Part shown: piece after piece, positions 49,629 through 59,523 of the stretch
How positions within the stretch are numbered: the first letter of the stretch is position 1
Layout: each line of letters opens with the position of its first letter
Assembly: GCA_041661385.1 (NCBI GenBank)
Contig: JBAZUP010000003.1
Coordinates: 36,299-100,298 of the forward strand
DNA length: 64,000 nucleotides
Direction: 5' to 3'
Source: Patescibacteria group bacterium
GTDB taxonomy: Bacteria > Patescibacteriota > Patescibacteriia > Magasanikbacterales > GWA2-37-8
Position numbers and translations under genes: made by a program
Notes under the pieces: generated by a model
Databases searched by the model: none
What the model saw: the letters and a program-made list of their open reading frames with translations, nothing else
Told to the model about the DNA's origin: nothing

Positions 49629-50831
49629 ATGCCTAAATTAAATAATGACGCTGCTGAAGTAGATAATAACGCCTCAAAACGCCTCATTGCTTATAAGCAT
49701 AATAAAATTATTGATTTTCGCAATTATATAGTAAAACACATTGATAAATTGACGATTAACCAATTTAAATTAATGATGCTATCTTGTGCGAAAGTTAAAG
49801 ACAATGATACTGGAAATACTGATTACACAATATCTTTTAAAGAATTTACAAAACTGACCGGTGCAAAACGAGAAGATTATAAAACAATTTACAAAGAAGC
49901 CAAAGCACTGGCATCGCTCGGAGTGGATGTAGTTGACACCGATGGCAATATACTAATTTTTAAATGGTTAACCAGGGTTATGATAGTACCAGGAACCGGC
50001 GTAATTGAATATCGTATAGATGACAGATTGCTTCCGTTTTACAAAACCGATCCGTGCACAAAAGAATACACGAAAATAATCATAGATAACTTAATGACAA
50101 TGCGCAGTAAATATGCGCTTGTTCTTTATGAGTTATTTTCACAATGGCAAAACAAAGGATATTATAAACAAACAGTAAATCAACTAAAAGTATTATTTGA
50201 AATAAAAGAAAACGAATACAAAAGACAAACAGATTTTATAAATAAATGTGTAATCAAAGCGGTTGAAGAAATTAATGAAAAAGCACAATCAATATTCAAT
50301 ATTGAAATTGAATTTGTATATGGTGCACGCAAAAGCGTATCGTCTGTCATATTTCATATTAATAAAAGTAAAAATCTGTTAGAAGAACAACAAATAGTAG
50401 AAATCGAAGCCGAGGTAGAAATTATAGACGACACAATATCTAAAAAGTCTCAAATTGATATTTTGTTAGACACAAATTTTTCATTCACACCGGAAATAAT
50501 AGTTAAAATTAAAAACACCCATCCTGAAAATAAAATATTAATGTGTTACAAAATTTTTAAGAACAAAAAACAGCAACAAAACATTCCAAATCCGGAAGGA
50601 TATTTTTTAGGAATACTAAATTATTTTAACTATGAGGAATATTTACAAAAAGAACAGGAAATAGAACGAAATAAAAATAACAATATTCGACAACAAAATG
50701 AAATGCTTTTAAAACTTGAACAAGAAATTGAAACAGAATTAATGAAAAATATCGACATCGACAACATAGATCCTAAAATTATGGAAATGTTTTCTAAAAT
50801 TAATCCCGCAAAAAACATTTCAGGAAAATAA
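49629..50831 (+). CDS. rep: Rep_3-family (RepB/RepA-like) replication initiator
   Basis: LTINQFKLMMLSCAKV...ISFKEFTKLTG, RSKYALVLYELF, EFVYGARKSVSSVIFHI; flanked by iterons. Confidence 0.8.
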   Translation: MPKLNNDAAEVDNNASKRLIAYKHNKIIDFRNYIVKHIDKLTINQFKLMMLSCAKVKDNDTGNTDYTISFKEFTKLTGAKREDYKTIYKEAKALASLGVDVVDTDGNILIFKWLTRVMIVPGTGVIEYRIDDRLLPFYKTDPCTKEYTKIIIDNLMTMRSKYALVLYELFSQWQNKGYYKQTVNQLKVLFEIKENEYKRQTDFINKCVIKAVEEINEKAQSIFNIEIEFVYGARKSVSSVIFHINKSKNLLEEQQIVEIEAEVEIIDDTISKKSQIDILLDTNFSFTPEIIVKIKNTHPENKILMCYKIFKNKKQQQNIPNPEGYFLGILNYFNYEEYLQKEQEIERNKNNNIRQQNEMLLKLEQEIETELMKNIDIDNIDPKIMEMFSKINPAKNISGK

Positions 50832-50839
50832 CAAAAACA

Positions 50840-50912
50840 AACTACGACAAAATTATGGTCTAAACATAATCACTTACGAAGAAAATATGGTCAACTACGA
50901 CAAAAATATGGT
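50840..50912 (+). repeat. three further iterons downstream of rep
   Basis: AACTACGACAAAATTATGGTC, ACTTACGAAGAAAATATGGTC, AACTACGACAAAAATATGGTT. Confidence 0.75.
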
Positions 50913-50956
50913 TACATTTTTTTCATAAATAAAAAAACAAAAAAAGGAGCAACAAA

Positions 50957-51364
50957 ATGGAAATTAACAAACAAGACACGTCAGGCTTTATCAAAAAAGG
51001 CGAATTCAAATACATTACATTCAAAGAGTTTCTAATCAATGAAAAACTTTTCAACGAAACCGAATATTCGAAGTTAACAAAAAAAGAAATCGACGACATT
51101 TATGCCAAACGCCAAATGGAATTTTTTGATTACGCCCGGTTGCAAGACGCTCATATGTTAGCGCCGGAATACGGCCACAATAAATTCAAAAACACTTTAA
51201 CATTTGAAATGTTCTGCAGCGATTTTGGATTATTGTCCGGTGAAGATTTTAACGTCAAAAACAATTTTAAAAAAGCTGACGAAATGTGGGATTTGCATAA
51301 AGACGATTTTTTGAAATTTTGCGAAGACTATAATTTAGATTTTGTCGAATATGTAAAACACTGA
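50957..51364 (+). CDS. hypothetical protein
   Basis: AAAAGGAGCAACAAA RBS. Confidence 0.5.
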   Translation: MEINKQDTSGFIKKGEFKYITFKEFLINEKLFNETEYSKLTKKEIDDIYAKRQMEFFDYARLQDAHMLAPEYGHNKFKNTLTFEMFCSDFGLLSGEDFNVKNNFKKADEMWDLHKDDFLKFCEDYNLDFVEYVKH

Positions 51365-51383
51365 AAACATAAAATTTAATATA

Positions 51384-51421
51384 AAAAAGAGCTAAATTGA
51401 AAAAATTTAGCTCTTTTTTTT
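51384..51421 (+). terminator. rho-independent terminator
   Basis: AAAAAGAGCTAAATT...AATTTAGCTCTTTTTTTT. Confidence 0.85.
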
Positions 51422-51502
51422 GTGGATTTTTCAAAACAGCTCTAAATGTAACAGGAATGTAACGGACGAGTGATATTATTAAAATATAGAGGAAAAAAAT
51501 TA

Positions 51503-52423
51503 ATGATTGATAAACAAGAAATTAAAAAATTATTGCCAAATTATTTATCTTCATTAGGAATTGATTATAACAAAAATTTTTGTTGTCTCGTCCCGGGCCA
51601 CTCCGATAAAACACCTTCGATGATTTATCGCAAAAACAGCGAAACGGTAAAATGCTTTGGCTGCGGATTTTTTGGAGACGTAATTAATTTGATTGGCGAA
51701 CAATATGGAATATCAAATTCATCAGAAGCATTTGTAAAAGCCGCAGAAATTTTATTAAACAAAGATTTCACAAAAAAAATAAATACACAGATTACTGCAC
51801 AACAAAAAAAACCAAAGAAAAAACTTATCGATTCAAAACTACTGAACTTTTCCAACTTAATCAACAAAGCACATTCAAACGTAAACCAAACAAATTATTT
51901 TAAGCTACGCGGCATTTCACAAAAAAACATAAACAAATATCGGCTGGGATATATTAAATCACTAAACCAAATTGTGCTGCCGATTGAAAACTACTATTAC
52001 ATCAAACGCAACATAGCAAAAAAACAATATTACAATATGCCGGATTTCATTCTACCGATTTTTAACGAGAAATATATTCACGAAAATAAAGACACGGTTT
52101 TTGTCACAGAAGGAATTATCGACGCAATCACAATTGAAGAATATGGATATTATGCTATAGCAACAAATTCAGCAGACAATATTTACGAACTAATCAAAAT
52201 CATTGAGAAAAATAAATTTAACGGGAAAATAATAATTGCATTCGATCAAGATTATGCCGGTGAAATTTTTGCAAACAAACTCCAAGAAAATTTAACACAA
52301 CTTGAAATTGAAAATCAGATTTTAATATTAAAAAACTTCAAAGATATAAATCAGGCACATTTAGCAAACACTCTTTATTTAAGAAGTACACTAAATAATA
52401 TTTTCCAAAATCTCAAGGAGTGA
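51503..52423 (+). CDS. DnaG-like DNA primase (CHC2 zinc finger + Toprim)
   Basis: CCLVPGHSDKTPSM...CFGCG zinc finger; Toprim EGIIDAITIEEYGYYAIA...DQD; AGAGGAAAAAAAT RBS. Confidence 0.8.
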   Translation: MIDKQEIKKLLPNYLSSLGIDYNKNFCCLVPGHSDKTPSMIYRKNSETVKCFGCGFFGDVINLIGEQYGISNSSEAFVKAAEILLNKDFTKKINTQITAQQKKPKKKLIDSKLLNFSNLINKAHSNVNQTNYFKLRGISQKNINKYRLGYIKSLNQIVLPIENYYYIKRNIAKKQYYNMPDFILPIFNEKYIHENKDTVFVTEGIIDAITIEEYGYYAIATNSADNIYELIKIIEKNKFNGKIIIAFDQDYAGEIFANKLQENLTQLEIENQILILKNFKDINQAHLANTLYLRSTLNNIFQNLKE

Positions 52424-52425
52424 AA

Positions 52426-53073
52426 ATGAATAAAAGTGAAATTGAAAAAATCACCGATATTGCCGAATTAACAATTACTGAATTTGACAAACTATCAACT
52501 GAAAAACTTGAGCAACTTTTAACTGAAGCAAATGTCAAATTAAATATCCAACTTGACAAGTTATTAGAAGAAGCCGAAATGAAAATCAAAGAAGGATTAA
52601 TTTCAAAAGAGATTTTAACTTTATCCGATGCGTTAAGATTTGCAACTTACCAAATTGAACACATGGCAACACTGAGAAAAAATCTCACATTCGAATTGCA
52701 AAATCTATTCAGAGTAAACGTAGCTGAATACAAAATTTCCACTAACAGTATTTACGATATTCTTGAAAAACAAAACGCGGAAATTCAGGAAAAAAATAAC
52801 GAATATATTAACGAAATCACGAATCACTTTAATTGCGAATTACAAAATAAATTATTGACGCAAGATACAACTTTAACAAAAATGCAAAATTCAGTTTCGG
52901 CGTTTATGAACAAGTCAATTTCCAAGAACAAATATATTGCCGAATTTGATAAATATTCAAACTCAATAAAATGGTTTTGGCGATATGTAGTTTTCATAAG
53001 TTTATACAATTTGATATCCCAAATTTTTAACACAAATATTTTTCAAACTTTACGATTGATGTTATTGCCGTAA
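52426..53073 (+). CDS. coiled-coil hypothetical protein
   Basis: AAGGAG RBS. Confidence 0.45.
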   Translation: MNKSEIEKITDIAELTITEFDKLSTEKLEQLLTEANVKLNIQLDKLLEEAEMKIKEGLISKEILTLSDALRFATYQIEHMATLRKNLTFELQNLFRVNVAEYKISTNSIYDILEKQNAEIQEKNNEYINEITNHFNCELQNKLLTQDTTLTKMQNSVSAFMNKSISKNKYIAEFDKYSNSIKWFWRYVVFISLYNLISQIFNTNIFQTLRLMLLP

Positions 53074-53104
53074 ATCAAAAATACTAAAACAAACCAAACG
53101 TAAA

Positions 53105-53290
53105 TCCAAACTCACGTGAGAAACGACCAACGTAAACGGCGCCCCTTCCGACATTTTTTGTGTTCGGCAAAAAATAGAAGGCGCAATACCGCGTTTCTAA
53201 AGAAACAGCTTGCGAAACTGCGTTTAGCTAATCAACCCAAACCCTTCGGTTTCGTGTTTGAACTGCCAGCGGCAGTTAAGGATTTTGCGA
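53105..53290 (+). promoter_or_regulatory. putative oriT: CTCACGTGAG palindrome, RSF1010-like nick-region motif CGTAAACGGCGCCCCT, 36-bp inverted repeat GCGCCCCTTCCGACATTTTTTG..CAAAAAATAGAAGGCGC, extra hairpin AACTGCC-AGC-GGCAGTT
   Basis: directly upstream of MOBQ relaxase; compare RSF1010 nic GTAAGTGCGCCCT. Confidence 0.5.
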
Positions 53291-53300
53291 GGAGAGAAAA

Positions 53301-54695
53301 ATGGCTAGCGCTCATTTTCGAATTAAATCCGGAACAAAAGCTAAGTCAAGCGCCAGCGCACATTCGCAATATATTATGCGCGAAGGCAAGTTCGAAGTTG
53401 ATAAAAAAGACATCGAAAATATCGGATATAGTAATTTACCGGAATGGGCAAATAAACCAAGTGAGTTTTGGCAAGCCAGTGATTATTACGAACGGGCCAA
53501 CGGCAGAGTTTACTCAGAAATGGAAATAGCGCTACCGAACGAACTATCACCTGAAAAACGATTAGAACTTGTAAATGAATTTTGCGAACAACAGTTTGGA
53601 AAAGAAAACACATATTCATTTGCAATTCATAATACCGATTCCGCACTAAAGAAAAATGTAAAAAATGCTCATGTACACATCATGTTTTGTGAAAGAAAGT
53701 TAGACAATATATATCGTGAAAAAGAAAATTTCTTCAAACGATATAACGATAAGAAACCAGAATTAGGTGGAACAAAAAAAGATCGCAAATGGACAAATAT
53801 CAAAATGCCAAAAATTGTCCGCAAGCAATGTTTCGATTTGCAAAATAAATATTTATTAGAAATCGGCGCAGAAAAATTACTCGATCACCGGACACTGCTT
53901 GAGCAAAGAATTGAAGCTTTGCAAAACGGCGATATTACAAAAGCAGAAAAATTGGATCGTGAACCAGAAGTAAAACTCGGACCAAACGCTCATCGCTTAA
54001 AACGAGAAGTTATCGAAATAAAAAGAAACGTTTCCACAAAAGACGAATATGAAAAAAAGAAAGAAGAATATTATGAAAAACAAAAACCAGACGTAAAACT
54101 TGCATATTATATTCGGCTTAGTAATCGAATCGAAACCAAACTTGACGGCTTGGAAAAAGAAATCAATAAACAAGAAATAGAAATTATCGGTCCAAACAAA
54201 AATCACAAGAACTATTATTTAGCGAAAAGAAAAATGAATAATTTCAAACGTCAACTATCTCAGCTAAATTACGAAAAAGAAAAACTGGAAAACAAAATTA
54301 TCACACCTGGGCGAGCGCTAATAATGGCAAAATCAATTTACGAAAAACGACTTACAAATAAAAACATGGTTTTTGTTGATAACGAAAATTCGAGAAACCA
54401 AATTAAAAAAATTGCCGACGGCATATTAAAGAAAGATGAAAAATATCGCAATTTATATTTTGCGATAAAAACCGGCATCGGAAAAACGAACGAGAAAATT
54501 GCTGAATATGAAAAACGAATTGAATTTTACGGGAAAGAAATTTCGGCAGAAAAGAAACATATTTTAGAAAAACAAGCAACCAAAGGCAGTCGCCATAAAT
54601 CACAAGAGGGCAGTGGACATTTAAGCGCAAATTTAGATTTGGATGATGATATTTCAAAATCTGTAAAAGACTTTAGTCAAATTAAAGATTATTAA
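53301..54695 (+). CDS. mobA: MobA/MobL-family (MOBQ) conjugative relaxase
   Basis: N-terminal MASAHFRIKSG...SQYIMREGKF (catalytic Tyr region), YERANGRV, FALPNEL, HVHIMFCER (His motif), FKRYNDKKPELGG, LDHRTL: strong resemblance to RSF1010 MobA. Confidence 0.9.
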   Translation: MASAHFRIKSGTKAKSSASAHSQYIMREGKFEVDKKDIENIGYSNLPEWANKPSEFWQASDYYERANGRVYSEMEIALPNELSPEKRLELVNEFCEQQFGKENTYSFAIHNTDSALKKNVKNAHVHIMFCERKLDNIYREKENFFKRYNDKKPELGGTKKDRKWTNIKMPKIVRKQCFDLQNKYLLEIGAEKLLDHRTLLEQRIEALQNGDITKAEKLDREPEVKLGPNAHRLKREVIEIKRNVSTKDEYEKKKEEYYEKQKPDVKLAYYIRLSNRIETKLDGLEKEINKQEIEIIGPNKNHKNYYLAKRKMNNFKRQLSQLNYEKEKLENKIITPGRALIMAKSIYEKRLTNKNMVFVDNENSRNQIKKIADGILKKDEKYRNLYFAIKTGIGKTNEKIAEYEKRIEFYGKEISAEKKHILEKQATKGSRHKSQEGSGHLSANLDLDDDISKSVKDFSQIKDY

Positions 54696-54720
54696 TATTC
54701 ATTAATATAAAGGAGAAAAC

Positions 54721-56592
54721 GTGAGATTATTTATCGCTGAAAAACCTAGTGTTGCAAAAGAAATTGCCGCAGTACTCGACAGTAATTACAAAAAAGAAAA
54801 CGGTTATTTTCGAACAAAATCCGGATTGGTAAGTTGGGCATATGGACATTTATTCACAGCTTACGAGCCAAAAGATTATGACGAAAAATTTGAAAAATGG
54901 TCACTAAAGGATTTACCGATTATTCCGGAAGAATGGAAAATAAAAGTCAATCCAAATGCAAAAGCACAATTCAAAATTTTACGCGACTTGCTAAAAGATT
55001 GTACCGAAATAGTTCACGCCGGCGACCCCGACCGTGAAGGCCAACGGATTATCGATGACATCATAACTTACACCAAAACAAAAAAACCGGTTGTACGTAT
55101 GATCCTGAATGCGCTGGATGAAGATAGTATAAAAACGGCGTTGAAATCTTTAAAAGATAATCGGGCGTTTTTCAATCTTTCAAAAGCTGCTGAAGCACGA
55201 CAACGATGTGACTGGTTATTGGGAATGAATGGTACAAGATATTATTCATTAATGGCACAAAAAAGCGGATACCCGCTAACGATAAATGTTGGCAGAGTAA
55301 AAATACCAACAATGAATTTAGTAATTAAACGCGAAACAGAAATTAAAGATTTTGTTTCTGAAAATTATTTCACAATCGGCGCGGAATTCAGCACGATAAA
55401 TAAAAATCCGGACACAATTTTTCCAAGTATATGGATAAAAAACGCAAACAAGAAAAATGAAAATATTGGCAAAGAAATCAACGAAGAAAATAACGAAAAC
55501 AAAAACGAAAAAAAAGAAATTCGCTATTCAGAAAAAGACAAAGATTACATTATAAACAAAATGCAATTAATCGGAAAAAATGCGGAAGGATTAATTGAAA
55601 ATATCGAAAATATTCCGAAAATTGTTCCACCGCCGTTGCCGCATTCTTTATCATCGTTGCAAGTGGCAGCCGGCAAAAAATACAAGATATCACCAAGCGA
55701 AGTTCTTGCAACGGTGCAGACACTTTACGAAAAAAAATACGTATCTTATCCGCGATCAGATTGCAATTTTATTCCTGAATCGCAACATCAAGACGCAGAA
55801 ATTATTCTGCAAAATTTGAAACTATATTTTCCAAAAGCGTTACTTGCTGACACGCGAATAAAAAACAAAAGTTTTGATATGACAAAGGTTTCTGCGCATC
55901 ACGCAATCATTCCTACAAAAGTGAGTGTTGATATTGACAAGCTTACTTTAAATGAAAAAAACATTTACACATTAATTGCAAATTCCTACATCGTGCAATT
56001 TATGCAAGCCTGGAAATATACTCACACCGTTTATACGATTTTATTTAATAATGAAACTTTTGAAGCAACGGGAAACGTAACCAACCAACTTGGCTGGAAA
56101 CAAATTTTAGACAACACCGAAACAAAAAAAAGAACAAATTCTGCTGCAGAAATTGTTCTTCCGGAGATGAAAAAATCAGAAAAAGTTCGTTATCTAAAAA
56201 CTACAATCAACGCCAAAAAAACCAAACCGCCGGAACGATATACGCAATCAACTTTACTCGACGCTATGCGAAAAATCGCAAAATATATCGAAGACGAAAA
56301 GCTTGCTAAATTAATGAAAGATATTAAAGGAATTGGCACCGAAGCAACCCGGGCAGAAATAATAAAATCACTATTGTCGCAAGGTTTCTTCGCAGAAACC
56401 GATAAAGTTCTTACCCCAACAGAAAAAGCCTATACAACGGCTGAGTATGTATCTAAAGAATTATTAATGCCTGATCAAACAGCGTTATGGGAATTTAAAT
56501 TAAATTCCATCATGGACGGAACATTAAAATCCGACGTTGTAGTACGAGAATATTCACAATATATTGAAAATATTTGCAAAGGAAACCAATAA
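54721..56592 (+). CDS. topB: type IA DNA topoisomerase (topoisomerase III, TraE-like)
   Basis: MRLFIAEKPSVAKEIA Toprim start; DPDREGQ; GYVSYPRSD active-site Tyr region. Confidence 0.85.
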   Translation: MRLFIAEKPSVAKEIAAVLDSNYKKENGYFRTKSGLVSWAYGHLFTAYEPKDYDEKFEKWSLKDLPIIPEEWKIKVNPNAKAQFKILRDLLKDCTEIVHAGDPDREGQRIIDDIITYTKTKKPVVRMILNALDEDSIKTALKSLKDNRAFFNLSKAAEARQRCDWLLGMNGTRYYSLMAQKSGYPLTINVGRVKIPTMNLVIKRETEIKDFVSENYFTIGAEFSTINKNPDTIFPSIWIKNANKKNENIGKEINEENNENKNEKKEIRYSEKDKDYIINKMQLIGKNAEGLIENIENIPKIVPPPLPHSLSSLQVAAGKKYKISPSEVLATVQTLYEKKYVSYPRSDCNFIPESQHQDAEIILQNLKLYFPKALLADTRIKNKSFDMTKVSAHHAIIPTKVSVDIDKLTLNEKNIYTLIANSYIVQFMQAWKYTHTVYTILFNNETFEATGNVTNQLGWKQILDNTETKKRTNSAAEIVLPEMKKSEKVRYLKTTINAKKTKPPERYTQSTLLDAMRKIAKYIEDEKLAKLMKDIKGIGTEATRAEIIKSLLSQGFFAETDKVLTPTEKAYTTAEYVSKELLMPDQTALWEFKLNSIMDGTLKSDVVVREYSQYIENICKGNQ

Positions 56593-56593
56593 A

Positions 56594-57286
56594 ATGGCTG
56601 TTTTTAATGATCCGCCGGTCAAATTAGGCCGAGAGAAATCCAGAGATGATATGTTTGTGAACGCCAGACAAGAATACGATAACCGGATAGGCTCGGCAAT
56701 TGTTCACGCCTATAACTGGCGATTAGCCTGTTTTGCAACAATAATTCTCTGCATGATATTGGCTTTTGGATTAATTTACCAATCATCAAAAGCAACAGTA
56801 CGACCATATGTTATCGAAGTCGGTACAAACGGAATAGCTAGAGCTGTAGGCATGGCCGATCAACAAAAATACACACCTAAAGCAATAGAGGTAAAACACT
56901 TCCTGGCAGAATGGGTATTGAAAATGCGCTCGGCATCCACCGACACGGTAGTAACTCAAAAAAACTGGGCAGAAGCCTATGGCGTTTTATCGGAAAAAGC
57001 TACATTACAAGTAAAAGAAATGATAAAAGCCAGTGATCCGACAACAATATTAGGAAACGGTTCAAGACAAGTAAAAATCATCGTAGTAATCGCAGTATCA
57101 GAAAAAACTTACCAGGTTCGATGGGAGGAAAAAGAATATGACATCGCCGGCGGCTTGAAAAACGATCAGGTATATACCGGAAATTTCATAGTTGAATTCC
57201 GCGAACTAACTGATGAAACGTCGTTGCTGCAAAATCCGCTCGGTATAGAAATAACCGATATTCGAGTAGCTAAAGATATCAAATAA
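56594..57286 (+). CDS. VirB8/TrbF-like T4SS protein
   Basis: N-terminal TM then NTF2-like periplasmic domain; position in T4SS operon. Confidence 0.65.
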   Translation: MAVFNDPPVKLGREKSRDDMFVNARQEYDNRIGSAIVHAYNWRLACFATIILCMILAFGLIYQSSKATVRPYVIEVGTNGIARAVGMADQQKYTPKAIEVKHFLAEWVLKMRSASTDTVVTQKNWAEAYGVLSEKATLQVKEMIKASDPTTILGNGSRQVKIIVVIAVSEKTYQVRWEEKEYDIAGGLKNDQVYTGNFIVEFRELTDETSLLQNPLGIEITDIRVAKDIK

Positions 57287-57313
57287 CAAACCGCGAGAAA
57301 GGAAAATTCAAAA

Positions 57314-58141
57314 ATGTCAATTTTTTCAAAAACAATCACAAAAACTGCCGCAGCCTTGCTTACGCTGGTTCTAATTGGCGCAATTAACCTCACGCTAATA
57401 AATACGGCAAAAGCCGATGGTGACGTACCAGGCTACGCAACGGAAGCAACGCAAAACAGTTTGAGTTCGATGAATACCGGCGGAGCTTCAGTTTTTTACT
57501 ACACCGACGGCCAACTATACCGGATATACTGCAAACCCGGCAATCTGACCGATATACAGTTACAAGACGGTGAATCAGTAACTTATGTCGGCGTTGGCGA
57601 TACAGTGCGCTGGACGTTAGACAAAGCATCCAGCGGAAAAGGCGCAACCCAACAATGGCATTTATACATCAAGCCGCTTAAAGAAGGTTTAAAAACAAAT
57701 TTAATTATCAACACTGATAAACATTGTTATCAAATGGAAATTGTCAGCACCGACTTCTACAACCCGATGATTGCCTGGAGCTATCCGCAAGAAGACAAAG
57801 CCTGGTACAAAAATACGCCGATGGAAAGATTTTTAGGCAACGACAATGAAGCGGTAAAAGCGCCCGAAGACCTGAATTTCAAATACAGCATCGCGTCAAA
57901 TGGAAAATACGACTGGAGTCCGACAACAGTCTATGATAACGGTAAAAAAACCTTTATCAAACTTAATCCAAGCGTAACCAATGCCGAACTACCGGCATTA
58001 TTCATTAAAGATAAAGACGGTTTGAAATTAGTTAATTATCGGTACAAAGAAAATTGTTTTATAGTGGACCGGTTATTCGATACCGCTGAATTAAGAATTG
58101 GCGACAGCGCAGTAACAATAACCAAAGATAAGAACAAATAA
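57314..58141 (+). CDS. VirB9/TrbG-like T4SS protein
   Basis: signal peptide; beta-rich; operon position. Confidence 0.65.
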   Translation: MSIFSKTITKTAAALLTLVLIGAINLTLINTAKADGDVPGYATEATQNSLSSMNTGGASVFYYTDGQLYRIYCKPGNLTDIQLQDGESVTYVGVGDTVRWTLDKASSGKGATQQWHLYIKPLKEGLKTNLIINTDKHCYQMEIVSTDFYNPMIAWSYPQEDKAWYKNTPMERFLGNDNEAVKAPEDLNFKYSIASNGKYDWSPTTVYDNGKKTFIKLNPSVTNAELPALFIKDKDGLKLVNYRYKENCFIVDRLFDTAELRIGDSAVTITKDKNK

Positions 58142-58149
58142 CCGGGGGC

Positions 58150-59523
58150 ATGATGAATAAAGAAGAAAAAATTAATTATTCAAATGAAGAACAAGAAGAA
58201 GAAATAACCTACATAAGCCCGCCAACAGAACAACTCCGGCCAACAGTGGAAAAAGACATTACCGAACCAATAGCCGCGCCCAAAGGTACAGGTTTTAATA
58301 AAAAAATATTCACGCTTATCGGAATAATAATATTGGCGGGCTTTTTTCTTGGAATAATAATTTCCGGATATAGCACCAAGAAAGGTGAAAAACCCCCGGA
58401 AACATCTGATGTCAATATTTCCCAAAAAGCCGTGCAAAACATGCCGGATAACATCAAAAACATGCCGAAAGATTATTCGGAAAAACAAGATTACGACAAA
58501 AAAATATTACAAAGCACCCAAGACCGAAGCCAAAAACAACCAACTCAACCAAAACAGCCAACATTTAATTTTCAAGATACCACCCCGCCGGTAAGCACAT
58601 ACGGTAACGCAGGAAGGTATAACCCAAGCAGCCCGCAGTACGGTAATTACGGCAGCGGAAGCATGCAGCTTCAACCACAATATGCCGAACAAGAAAAAGA
58701 AGAAACATTAGCGTTAAAAAGTCCGATCGGATTTTTCAGAGGAAACGAATCAAATACCAAAGGAACAACCGGACAGCCCGATTATGCGCAATCGGCATTA
58801 GGCGGGTTAAACAGTAACGGAACTACAAATAACCAACAAAACGGAACAAATAGCGAATACAACGCGCAAAACGCACAAAGCGAGAAAAGACTATTCACAA
58901 AAAACGCTGAAGCAAGTTTTGGCTACTTAAACGGACAACTTGAACGACCAATCTCGCGATTTGAAATTAAATCAGGAACAATTATTCCCGGATTACTTTT
59001 AACAGCAATAAATTCTGATTTACCGGGAATGATAACCGGAACAGTTTCTGAAAACGTTTATGACAGCGCAACTGGTAATTACCTTTTAATTCCGCAAGGA
59101 ACAAAAATTGTCGGAACTTATGATTCGCAAATTTCATTCAATCAGGAAAGAGTGCTCATAGTTTGGAGCAAACTTATTTATCCGAACTCCACAACGCTAT
59201 ATCTCGAAGCAATGCCAGGAACAGATGCAATCGGACAGGCGGGAGTAACAGGCGATGTTGACAATCACGGCTATAAATTAGCCGGCGCAGCGCTAACAAC
59301 AGCGCTCTTAGCGGCTGGCGCACAAATGGCCGCAGGCGGGAATGGTACAAATGTAACCAACGGACAACTGGCGGTATCGGGCGCAGCACAGGCGATATCT
59401 GATGTTGGGCAACAAATCGTATCAAGGGATTTGAATATCCAGCCCACAATCAAAATCGCCTCAGGAACGCGATTTAATGTATTTGTCAACAAAGACATGG
59501 TTTTGAGTCCGTATCGTGGATAA
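58150..59523 (+). CDS. VirB10/TrbI-like T4SS protein
   Basis: N-terminal TM, Pro/Gln-rich linker, conserved C-terminal barrel ...GTDAIGQAGVTGDVDNH... Confidence 0.7.
   Translation: MMNKEEKINYSNEEQEEEITYISPPTEQLRPTVEKDITEPIAAPKGTGFNKKIFTLIGIIILAGFFLGIIISGYSTKKGEKPPETSDVNISQKAVQNMPDNIKNMPKDYSEKQDYDKKILQSTQDRSQKQPTQPKQPTFNFQDTTPPVSTYGNAGRYNPSSPQYGNYGSGSMQLQPQYAEQEKEETLALKSPIGFFRGNESNTKGTTGQPDYAQSALGGLNSNGTTNNQQNGTNSEYNAQNAQSEKRLFTKNAEASFGYLNGQLERPISRFEIKSGTIIPGLLLTAINSDLPGMITGTVSENVYDSATGNYLLIPQGTKIVGTYDSQISFNQERVLIVWSKLIYPNSTTLYLEAMPGTDAIGQAGVTGDVDNHGYKLAGAALTTALLAAGAQMAAGGNGTNVTNGQLAVSGAAQAISDVGQQIVSRDLNIQPTIKIASGTRFNVFVNKDMVLSPYRG

Noticed and set aside
53116-53529. Track ORF 53116-53529(+)
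   Set aside because: It covers the putative oriT hairpins and overlaps the start of the MobA-like relaxase in another frame, with no RBS; likely not a gene.
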